From contig CAWHXY010000006.1 in NCBI GenBank assembly GCA_963833575.1, forward strand, positions 64,001-128,000: a stretch of 64,000 nt of DNA, written 5' to 3'. Made by a program: the position numbers and the translations under genes. The stretch's first letter is position 1. Each line of letters begins with the position of its first letter. This document shows positions 10,660 through 18,641 of the stretch, piece by piece. A model generated the notes under the pieces. That model made no database searches. It was not told the origin of the DNA and saw only the letters and a list, made by a program, of their open reading frames with translations. Source of the DNA: Candidatus Bathyarchaeota archaeon (GTDB lineage Archaea; Thermoproteota; Bathyarchaeia; Bathyarchaeales; Bathycorpusculaceae).

Positions 10660-10845
10660 ACTCTGAGATTGGTTTTGCCAAGATAAATAACCTTCTATAT
10701 AGTTGTTCTACTATGTTTTCCGTTTGTATTTGGTTTTGATCTGGAGAAAGTAAGCCAACGGTTGTTTCTCTGTTGCTTAATAGAAGAGTTTCGAAAGTCC
10801 ACTACAATTAGAAGCGAGATGCGCCAACTCTACTATTTACCTTTG

Positions 10846-10889
10846 AAAAAACGTGGAATGGTGATGTCTCCACTCGATGGAGGGTTCAA
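10846..10889. repeat. Degenerate intergenic repeat, copy A
   Basis: aaaaaacgtggaatggtgatgtctccactcgatggagggttcaa, similar to copies B-D. Confidence 0.6.
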
Positions 10890-10977
10890 CTGCACCAAAT
10901 GGCACATTAACTAAATTATTTGTAAGGTAAAAGTCGCAATACTTAAAAATCATTTTAGTTAAAAAGCCTCTACCCAG

Positions 10978-11325
10978 GTGAATACTATGGATTTCTGCCC
11001 AGAATGCGGATCGATACTTCAAACAACAAAAAAGGGCTCTTCCACACTTAGATGCCCAAAATGCAAATACGAAAAAACAATGGAACATAAAGAATCAAAC
11101 AAAAAAATAAGCCTACCACTTGGCAAAGCAGCTGAAATCGCCATAATAGACCAAAGCAAAGAAGCAATGCTTAGACAACTCCCAACAATCCATATGGTCT
11201 GCGAAAAATGCGGAAACACCGAAAGCGAAACTTGGAACGTCGAGGCTGCAGACGAAACTATCCATTCAACAATTACATTCTTCAGATGCACAAAATGCAA
11301 AACCACCAGAAGAGAATCTGGATAA
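10978..11325 (+). CDS. TFS/RpoM-family transcription factor paralogue
   Basis: N-terminal FCPECG..CPKC ribbon and C-terminal CEKCG...ADE...FFRCTKC ribbon. The start may be the ATG at 10987. Confidence 0.85.
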   Translation: MNTMDFCPECGSILQTTKKGSSTLRCPKCKYEKTMEHKESNKKISLPLGKAAEIAIIDQSKEAMLRQLPTIHMVCEKCGNTESETWNVEAADETIHSTITFFRCTKCKTTRRESG

Positions 11326-11363
11326 ACCAAATAACTCACTTATAAGATAGGGCTGATTTTAAG

Positions 11364-11447
11364 AAAAAAGCATGCGCGGGGATGTTTCCACTGGAGTGGG
11401 GGTCAATCCGATTCCCTGCTTAGATTGCTAGAGGATTTGAGTTCAAC
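11364..11447. repeat. Degenerate intergenic repeat, copy B
   Basis: gcggggatgtttccactggagtgggggtcaatccgattccctgcttagattgctagag; the extended part also resembles copy C. Confidence 0.6.
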
Positions 11448-11490
11448 CCAATCCAAAAATATTGAGTCAAGAAACGTGGACTAATTGCAG

Positions 11491-12732
11491 TCAAGAGATT
11501 CTTTTTAGAAGTAATAGTGTTGCTGTAACCGCTATCAGTAAGATGATTATTGTTATTGGAGCTATTTCAGGTATTGTTGGAGAAGGCAAAGGTGGGGAAG
11601 GTTGAGGAACTGTAATTGAACCAAACGCATAAACGTTGTTATAATCTGACCCAATATAGAGTACGCCGTTGGCGATGGAGGGAAAAGACTCCACAGGGCT
11701 GCCAGTTGTGTAGCTCCACATTTTGCTACCTTTTGCAGCATCCAAAGCATACACATTATTATCGCATGAGCCAACATAGACCACACCGTTTGCAACAGTG
11801 GGGCTTGAATCGATCTTATCGCCAGTCTTGTAGCTCCATACTTTGTCACCGGTTGCGGCATTAAAAGCGTAGAGGTAGCCATCATCAGACCCAATATACA
11901 CCAAACTGTTGGCGACCGCGGGAGAAGACTCTACGGTGCCACCTGTTAGGTAACTCCACATTTTATTGCCCGTTTTGGCGTCTAATGCATAAACCGAGTC
12001 GCCTGACCCAAAATAGACGATGCCGTTTGCAACAGCAGAAGAAGAGTACAGAGGACCAATCGTTGTAAAATTCCATAATTTGGTACCGGAGGCAGCGTCT
12101 ATGGCATAAGCGGTGTCATACGAGTTAACATAGAGCACGCCGTCAACAAATGCTGGATTAGTGTACACAAAGTTGCTAGTTTTAAAGCTCCATGTCATAG
12201 AGCCCGATGAAGCGTCCAAAGCATACACATAGTGGTCATTTGACCCAAAATAAACCACGTTATTGACGACAATAGGCGAAGAATACACCTCGCCTCCAGT
12301 TGTAAAATTCCATTTTAAGCTACCATTATCAGCGTTTAACGCGTACACATCATGATCACGTGAACCAAAATAAATCACTCCATTACTAATCGATGCAGAA
12401 GACTTTATCGGACCCGCAGCCGTGTAACTCCAAATTTTGGCGCCGGTTGCCGCATTCAAAGCGTAAAAATTGGAATCTTGAGAACCCACATATACTACTC
12501 CATCGACTACTGCGGGAGAACAGTATTCTATTGAATTGCCTGTCGGGAAAATCCACAGAGATTGGTTTGTGAGCGGCCCAGTTGATGTAGTATAGCCTGT
12601 GTGAGCTAAATCATGATGGAATGTGGGCGTCCAATCTACGGTAGATTGTTGAGCCATAATTTTTGGTGCAAAAGCTGAAAACATCAATAAACCTAAAGTT
12701 CCCAGAAGGATTATTGATTTTTTGTGGTAAAT
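11491..12732 (-). CDS. PQQ-like (BamB-type) beta-propeller secreted protein with PEF-CTERM-like anchor
   Basis: Repeated SSP.V.NGVVY.GS.D..VYALDA..G...WS blades, then IPEI + TM + KR. The signal peptide extends to an ATT at 12732; the first TTG/ATG codons are at 12687/12684. Confidence 0.88.
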   Translation of the reverse strand: MYHKKSIILLGTLGLLMFSAFAPKIMAQQSTVDWTPTFHHDLAHTGYTTSTGPLTNQSLWIFPTGNSIEYCSPAVVDGVVYVGSQDSNFYALNAATGAKIWSYTAAGPIKSSASISNGVIYFGSRDHDVYALNADNGSLKWNFTTGGEVYSSPIVVNNVVYFGSNDHYVYALDASSGSMTWSFKTSNFVYTNPAFVDGVLYVNSYDTAYAIDAASGTKLWNFTTIGPLYSSSAVANGIVYFGSGDSVYALDAKTGNKMWSYLTGGTVESSPAVANSLVYIGSDDGYLYAFNAATGDKVWSYKTGDKIDSSPTVANGVVYVGSCDNNVYALDAAKGSKMWSYTTGSPVESFPSIANGVLYIGSDYNNVYAFGSITVPQPSPPLPSPTIPEIAPITIIILLIAVTATLLLLKRIS

Positions 12733-12829
12733 TTTTTCCCTCTCCTTTAGCTGGTTGGATTATCCAACCATTAATATAAGTTTTCTCCAAAAACCCCCAC
12801 CTACTTTTACGATTCACACTTTGTGATTG

Positions 12830-12910
12830 AAGGGAGATGTGGACGTGTCTCCACTGATGTGTGTGTTAAATTCAATTTCCTGCCAAAATTACCAGAGAGC
12901 GGGAATCAAC
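12830..12910. repeat. Degenerate intergenic repeat, copy C
   Basis: agggagatgtggacgtgtctccactgatgtgtgtgttaaattcaatttcctgccaaaattaccagag. Confidence 0.55.
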
Positions 12911-12928
12911 ACTGAGCAGCAGATCCTT

Positions 12929-12965
12929 GTTCCATAATAGGAACAAAATGTTCCATGAGTAGAAC
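12929..12965 (+). promoter_or_regulatory. Tandem GTTC-N8-GAAC palindromes (putative TF operator)
   Basis: GTTCcataatagGAAC aaaat GTTCcatgagtaGAAC taaag, ending 48 nt before the ATG at 13013. Confidence 0.7.
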
Positions 12966-13012
12966 TAAAGAGTAGCCAATCATTTAGTTATTCATTAGAG
13001 AGAAACGATAAA

Positions 13013-13639
13013 ATGCGCAATTGGGGAAAAGCTATCACTTTACTGCTTGTTGCCTTCTTCTTAACATTTGCACTCTTAATTCCTTCAATGGCTAATGCAC
13101 AAACAACGAGCCAATACAGCGGACGTAGTTTTATGAGCAATAGTCCTGTGTCCTTCACTCTAACAATGAATAGCCCAACTGACCAAGATACTTATTCCAA
13201 TAAGATGATTCTTGACTTTACCATCAACTGGACAGCGGCTCCTGAGTTACTACCAATTGACAATTGGACTTTTGATGAAAAATGCGCCTACAGTATAGAT
13301 GAAAATTCAGCTATTGCTGTACCACCAAATAGTTCCTTTATTGCTATCCCCTTCCCGTGGAGTTATTGGTTTTCAACTTCTGTTGACATCTCTAACTTAA
13401 CAAATGGTTATCACAAAATATCAATCCTTGCTCTCATGTACTTTGGCCCAAACACTCTTTTCAATCAGTCCTCAATTCCAGTTGCATTCTTAGTCCAAAA
13501 CCCAACTCATAATTCAACTCCTACTCCTGCTGTTCCAGAGTTTCCAACATTAATTCTAATAATCATATTTCTTCTCACCACAACTTTACTGGCTACAATT
13601 ATGATTGAGAGAAAACAATCAATAGGATGGATAATTTGA
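13013..13639 (+). CDS. Secreted Ig-like protein with PEF-CTERM-like anchor
   Basis: Signal peptide, DISNLTNGYHKISI Ig-like motif, then VPEF + TM + RK. Confidence 0.85.
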   Translation: MRNWGKAITLLLVAFFLTFALLIPSMANAQTTSQYSGRSFMSNSPVSFTLTMNSPTDQDTYSNKMILDFTINWTAAPELLPIDNWTFDEKCAYSIDENSAIAVPPNSSFIAIPFPWSYWFSTSVDISNLTNGYHKISILALMYFGPNTLFNQSSIPVAFLVQNPTHNSTPTPAVPEFPTLILIIIFLLTTTLLATIMIERKQSIGWII

Positions 13640-14010
13640 ACAAAAAAGCACTTTTAGCACTTGTAATCATTACAATTGTAGTTGTGAGTGTGTTTGTTTA
13701 CGGTAACATTATCTTAAACAAGTTCCCCAATATCCTTTTTCACAATCACAGTCATCACCAAATCCAGCATCGTCGTTAAGCCCTACTCCAACACCTTTAG
13801 CATATATAGTTTTAAATCCAAACAATCAAATTGTTAATTTATCCCTGAATCAGCAAACAGATTTTAATGTTACAATTGCCGAGAAGGGATATTACAATTT
13901 ACAATTTCCATGCACTATAACAGTTATTTCCAACACTGGTAGTTCAACTGAGTTAGGTCCCTATTCAAGTTACGGAACATATACTATTAATTTTGAAGGA
14001 TATCTGTACA
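13636..14010 (+). pseudogene. Frameshifted and truncated membrane-anchored protein
   Basis: TTG start overlapping the previous stop gives MNKKALLALVIITIVVVSVFVYG. It stops at about 13779 while a shifted frame continues SPTPTPLAYIVLNPNNQIVNL and runs into the convergent regulator. Confidence 0.5.
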
Positions 14011-14020
14011 TTATTTTGTT

Positions 14021-14332
14021 TTACTCTTTGCTTTGCAATTTATCGTTGTTGAGAATTCTTAGTGCTTGTAGCAGCAGTTCTGTCTTTGAATTCTCTCTAT
14101 TTAGCCAAATAAGTCGCACGTTCCCGTAGCGTTTTTCTTGAATAATGTCTTCTTTTACTAAAACAAGCAAATTAGCATTAACCTGATTATAAGTACTGTT
14201 TACCTTGCGAACAAGCTCCATAACATTAGCTGAATGAACAGTCAAGAGAAATCTTATGATTTTGCGTCTGCACGAAGAAGAAATTAACTGTTCAAGCTCC
14301 AAATAGTTCCTCCCAAAGTTACTGACCGTCAT
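14021..14332 (-). CDS. ArsR-like winged-HTH regulator
   Basis: ISSSCRRKIIRFL...NVMELVRKVNSTYNQVNANLLVL...EKRYG wHTH pattern. Confidence 0.8.
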   Translation of the reverse strand: MTVSNFGRNYLELEQLISSSCRRKIIRFLLTVHSANVMELVRKVNSTYNQVNANLLVLVKEDIIQEKRYGNVRLIWLNRENSKTELLLQALRILNNDKLQSKE

Positions 14333-14618
14333 TGGCGTTTTTGCTTATAACTCTCAGCACGAAACAGCTGTATTTCATAGTAGAGGGATGAGTGTAAGTG
14401 ATCAACATTAAAATAAACCAATTTTGTTTGATCATAATCGTTTATTTTCCTAAACTGTAGTTTCACTTTAAGTCACCTCTCTGTTTCCGAAACTATTCGT
14501 CTTCCTTTAATGTCTAATCCGTGAATGTGCTGCATAACTAAAGCTACCTGCTTTAGAGGCGTGTCACCGCCTAGCCCTAAGGGAAGGGCAGAAAGAGAAC
14601 AAGAAAGGCAAAGGAAGC

Positions 14619-15347
14619 GTGGTTCAAAAATTGAATAAAATACAAATCACAATATTTGCGGTTGCACTTGGTGCATTAATGTTAGCAAGTCCAATGGCTT
14701 TACAGATCGTATCTGCAGGACAAGGTTATGCTGATCACAAATACGGGGTTAGCTACAGTTATGAAGATTGTTCACAGCCTAATAATGAACCAAGTTACAT
14801 GGAGTGCGTGCACACTGACCTCTATGCTCCTGATGACATGATGGTCGGAGTTTACGTGAATACCAACTACCAACTCTACAATAGCAACGATTATAATTAT
14901 GGAAACTTTTGGTTTAGTGCGCAAGCAGGCTACAACTCCGCCACAGTGAGTATCATGCCACCGATGGGAATGACATTTGATCTTGACTACAGCAAATCCA
15001 CTGCATATCGCCTCATTTATTATGATTATTCTTCCGGAACATGGACAAATGGCTACTTGTTCAATGGAAAATGGGCATATCTCAAAGATGATAACCAGAA
15101 TATTTACAGTGCTTATGTCGTCAGCGACCAGTATAACAGCGCGCAGAACAATTTGAATTTTGGTCTTCGCAATTCAGCCGCAGGCATGACTCAGGAAGCA
15201 TTCTACTATAACAACAATCATAACACAGTATACTATCACTATGCTCAGACTCAAGTTCCTTCGGGCAACAACCCCCCTCCAGCGGGAATTTTGGGTTATA
15301 ATTTCCTGACCGCCCATCCATATAGTCAAGGTGGCGATTGGAGTTGA
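14619..15347 (+). CDS. Secreted Tyr/Asn-rich hypothetical protein
   Basis: N-terminal signal peptide; 242 aa; its end overlaps the next gene. Confidence 0.8.
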   Translation: MVQKLNKIQITIFAVALGALMLASPMALQIVSAGQGYADHKYGVSYSYEDCSQPNNEPSYMECVHTDLYAPDDMMVGVYVNTNYQLYNSNDYNYGNFWFSAQAGYNSATVSIMPPMGMTFDLDYSKSTAYRLIYYDYSSGTWTNGYLFNGKWAYLKDDNQNIYSAYVVSDQYNSAQNNLNFGLRNSAAGMTQEAFYYNNNHNTVYYHYAQTQVPSGNNPPPAGILGYNFLTAHPYSQGGDWS

Positions 15348-16192
15348 CAAAACGAAAGAAACTCAGCGAATCTCTATTTTCCAATAATAAAGGAAAGATT
15401 GCGCTAAGCTTGATTATTGCACTCATGCTTACCATTCCAATCTCGCTCGCTTTAGCCACAACTTCTCCTCCATCTACTACCCAAACAGACATGCCCACTG
15501 CCACTCATGAAGTTGCATCCTCAAATACACAGTTCCAAATACACGTTGCATATGCGTATGTGGGGCCGGCTCCATCCAACGTAAGCTCGTATTTCGACCA
15601 AGCAAGGAACACTACAATGCGACTGATCAGCCAATATCCAACTTCAGTTCTATTGAATATCTCATGCTTACCGAGTGCTCAAATTGCTGGTTGCGATGCT
15701 GTAGTTGAAGTTTATGGAGTCAAAATTGGCACTGACACTGGGCATTCGGAATATGATGCTTATTTTATAGGAACCAACTATAATCCCTCGTTTTCAAATG
15801 CATCCTTATCATCCTTGATCCAATATGTACCCAGCTCGTATAACGCTAGTCTTTACACCACTATTGCAGGCAACTTTAAATTCAATTGGAATAGCAATGC
15901 ATCATTCTTAACCGACCCTATTGGTACCAGTACGTTGTATATGGCTTCTGACACCAGTTCATTAGGACTATTCGGTGCAGGAGAGCCAAATGCTGTCTCA
16001 GTTACTGTATACAGAATTGGTTACATAACGATAGCAAACGGATCAGTTACCGTCTTTGAAGACCCCTTAAACAAAACTCCCACAGACATGGTACTGCTTG
16101 GCAATTATAACAACGGTTTTCTCTATAACAATCTTATGCCCTCAGCTCAACTTCCACAAGAAAACTTATTCAAGGCCATTGCACATCCGTAG
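15338..16192 (+). CDS. Secreted or membrane-anchored hypothetical protein (likely paralogue of 42648..43961)
   Basis: N-terminal TM/signal. FQIHVAYAYV and NGFLYNNL resemble FSVNVVYANF and NGYVYNGI in the 42648 ORF. Confidence 0.8.
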   Translation: MELTKRKKLSESLFSNNKGKIALSLIIALMLTIPISLALATTSPPSTTQTDMPTATHEVASSNTQFQIHVAYAYVGPAPSNVSSYFDQARNTTMRLISQYPTSVLLNISCLPSAQIAGCDAVVEVYGVKIGTDTGHSEYDAYFIGTNYNPSFSNASLSSLIQYVPSSYNASLYTTIAGNFKFNWNSNASFLTDPIGTSTLYMASDTSSLGLFGAGEPNAVSVTVYRIGYITIANGSVTVFEDPLNKTPTDMVLLGNYNNGFLYNNLMPSAQLPQENLFKAIAHP

Positions 16193-16307
16193 GACGGAAT
16201 CCTATGGTTTCAAAATATCCCTTTTTTGTTTGTTAATCCTATTGACTGTTGAGATTTTCAATAAACTAAAAAGTACTAACAATATAATTATCGAGCAATT
16301 TGGATGT

Positions 16308-16354
16308 GTTCCAGCTTTTAAACAATCGTGGGTTCTCTGTTCCATGAATAGAAT
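16308..16354 (+). promoter_or_regulatory. Tandem GTTC-N8-GAAC-like palindromes
   Basis: GTTCcagcttttAAAC (16308) and GTTCcatgaataGAAT (16339), followed by taaata, ending 40 nt before the ATG at 16394. Confidence 0.62.
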
Positions 16355-16393
16355 TAAATACCTTGCTAAGATGCTAATAATCTAAGGATAGGT

Positions 16394-17095
16394 ATGGCTA
16401 GTGCGAATTTCTCCAAATTTTTCGTCTACGCCTTAATCGTTTCAATGGCGGGCCTGCTTTTGGTTGGGTCTGCAAATGCTGAAACTGTTGAAACTGCTCC
16501 GCCAGCAAGTAATATTCCTGTACCCTCTGTTCCACAGTTCATAGTTATGTTTTTTGAAATGGGTTTCTCACCGATGACAGGCGGCGACAAAGTGCCAGTG
16601 ATAAACTTTACCTTTAAAAGCCAACCTTTTACCTCTTACACTGACAAAAACGCAAATAAGATTAATCTATATTATCTCATAGATTGGAAACGCCCTTCTG
16701 ATAATTCATGGATAGAATACCCAATTTCTCTCTCTTCAAATACTTCAAACTATTTTCAACAATTAGAAGGCACAACATATATGATTACTACTTTTTCGAT
16801 TTATTGGAATGACCCGGTAATTCTGTCTCAAGGTGGTCCGGTAGAATTTAAAGTCGCAGCTCTTATAGGGTACCAAACACCAGGTACCCCCTCGATCATA
16901 GGCGAAACAAGCGGTTGGACTGGCACACAAACAATAATCGTCCCTGTAAGTTCAAGTTCGCCAACACCAATAGCCAACGGTAGTTTAGCCTTAACACTTG
17001 CAATTTCTATCATTGTTGCGATTATAGCACTTGTCATTACTCTGTTAATTTATAGAAGGCATCGAAAAACCGCTAATGTACCTAAAGTAATCTGA
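16394..17095 (+). CDS. Secreted hypothetical protein with C-terminal TM anchor (paralogue of 17209)
   Basis: Signal peptide; PSVPQF, KSQPFTSY, NLYY, VEFKVAALIGY and SGWTGTQT; then TM + RRHRK. Confidence 0.85.
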   Translation: MASANFSKFFVYALIVSMAGLLLVGSANAETVETAPPASNIPVPSVPQFIVMFFEMGFSPMTGGDKVPVINFTFKSQPFTSYTDKNANKINLYYLIDWKRPSDNSWIEYPISLSSNTSNYFQQLEGTTYMITTFSIYWNDPVILSQGGPVEFKVAALIGYQTPGTPSIIGETSGWTGTQTIIVPVSSSSPTPIANGSLALTLAISIIVAIIALVITLLIYRRHRKTANVPKVI

Positions 17096-17108
17096 TAGAT
17101 TCTTTGGT

Positions 17109-17155
17109 GTTCCAACTTGGAACAACCTATTAGCTACCTGTTCCATGAATAGAAC
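17109..17155 (+). promoter_or_regulatory. Tandem GTTC-N7/8-GAAC palindromes
   Basis: GTTCcaacttgGAAC (17109) and GTTCcatgaataGAAC (17140), followed by taaaa. Confidence 0.68.
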
Positions 17156-17208
17156 TAAAAGGTTAGTCACTTGTAGTTATTTGAGGGTAAACTGGAACGA
17201 AGAAGTCA

Positions 17209-17949
17209 GTGAGCTTAGTCCTAATCTTTCTATTGCTAACAGTTGCAAGTTCTTTTTCACTATTAGCAAATGCTCAAACAGCTACTTCCATACCGTCTAC
17301 ACCTACATTATCAGTTCCAGAATTCACCATTAACTTTGTTAATTTTTCCTATTTTACTCCACCAATTGCCTCCTTCAATCCTTATACAGGAAAAAATGTT
17401 GTACAATCAGGCTATTATGTCGAAAATGACAGTATAGAGTTGATAATTAAAAATCAGCCGTTTATTTCCTATATCTCAAATGGTCAAAATATTTCACTAT
17501 ACTATAATGTCCGCTTCAAAATGCTTAACTCTGAAAACTGGATAAACATATTTAATGGAGCACCATACCCACCCCAATCAAACGCAAACTTCACGGCACA
17601 TGACTTCTTTGGGTCAAATTACACTTACCAAATCGGCAAACAACAGATGAGTCTTTTCCCCAATGATTCAGTTGATTTTCAAGTTCAAGCCCAAGCAGGA
17701 TACTTCAAGTTAGAACCCTATATGGTCGCAGGAAACACCTCACCGATGGGATTCATCGATGCTTTTACTGCTGTAATATCAAGCGGTTGGAGCAACACAC
17801 AAACAGCAACCATACCTTCAAGTTTTGGTACTTCAAATCTCATAATTCCAGAATTATCATGGCTGATAATTTTGCCAATGTTTATCTTCATGCTCTCTGT
17901 TGCAATTGTACTAAGGTATCAAAAAACATTAAGTTCTAAAATCTTTTAA
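17209..17949 (+). CDS. Secreted hypothetical protein with PEF-CTERM-like anchor (paralogue of 16394)
   Basis: LSVPEF, KNQPFISY, SLYY, VDFQVQAQAGY and SGWSNTQT; then IPEL + TM. Confidence 0.85.
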   Translation: MSLVLIFLLLTVASSFSLLANAQTATSIPSTPTLSVPEFTINFVNFSYFTPPIASFNPYTGKNVVQSGYYVENDSIELIIKNQPFISYISNGQNISLYYNVRFKMLNSENWINIFNGAPYPPQSNANFTAHDFFGSNYTYQIGKQQMSLFPNDSVDFQVQAQAGYFKLEPYMVAGNTSPMGFIDAFTAVISSGWSNTQTATIPSSFGTSNLIIPELSWLIILPMFIFMLSVAIVLRYQKTLSSKIF

Positions 17950-17968
17950 GCGTTGTAGCTTATGAAAG

Positions 17969-18259
17969 GTGACCAGAATGACGATAATTATCAAGATTGG
18001 TAGACCCACTATACAGATTTTTTGGGCAATAATTGCTTTATTAGGTGTTGTTTTAATAAGTTCTGGATTTTTCAATGCCATTAATGGGTTAACTAATTTT
18101 GGCAGCATAACTTTAGCTAACACGGGGGCTCTTTCACATGTAAGCGGTGGCATTGTCATATTTATTCTTGGGTTGGTAGTCGTAGCGGCAGGTTATCTTG
18201 GAATTCGAGGAAGAATAATAATAACTACGAGCGAAGACACAAAACAGAACCCTTCTTAG
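17969..18259 (+). CDS. Small two-TM membrane protein
   Basis: Two hydrophobic helices in a 96-aa ORF. Confidence 0.6.
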   Translation: MTRMTIIIKIGRPTIQIFWAIIALLGVVLISSGFFNAINGLTNFGSITLANTGALSHVSGGIVIFILGLVVVAAGYLGIRGRIIITTSEDTKQNPS

Positions 18260-18263
18260 AACT

Positions 18264-18310
18264 AAAAAAAGGGAAATGCGGATGATGTTTCCACGGGAGA
18301 GAGGGTTCAA
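18264..18310. repeat. Degenerate intergenic repeat, copy D
   Basis: aaaaaaagggaaatgcggatgatgtttccacgggagagagggttcaa. Confidence 0.6.
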
Positions 18311-18641
18311 GTCTTACCTATGTAATGAGAAATAGTTGTTAAAAACTTCTCCATAAGGTACACAAGTACCTACAGAGCGATACCGAGGTACCTCAATAAT
18401 GGAAGTCACGAATAATCCATTACAAAAGCGCCAACAGGATTTCAAACTAATCTTGTAAATCCTTAAAAAATACGGCTAAACTAAAATCTAAACGAATACC
18501 TGAATAAACCCTAAATCAAAAATGCAATCTGAATCGCAAAGTAAGAATTGGCCAGAAATGCTATCAATAACAACTTCTGTCCAAGGCAACAAGATCTAAT
18601 TTTAATAGCTAGAAATTAGTATTTGTTTTGAGCGAAAAAAT

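Noticed and set aside
18271-18295. Resemblance of the island repeat to a fluoride riboswitch 5' stem
   Set aside because: The downstream GCTGATGAC..CTAC pseudoknot partner is missing and no fluoride-related gene follows.
10846-18310. Integron or provirus call for the island
   Set aside because: No integrase, attC-type structure or viral hallmark gene is visible.
18357-18520. Weak periodic GGTAC/CTAAA motifs upstream of lig
   Set aside because: Too degenerate to define a repeat unit by eye.
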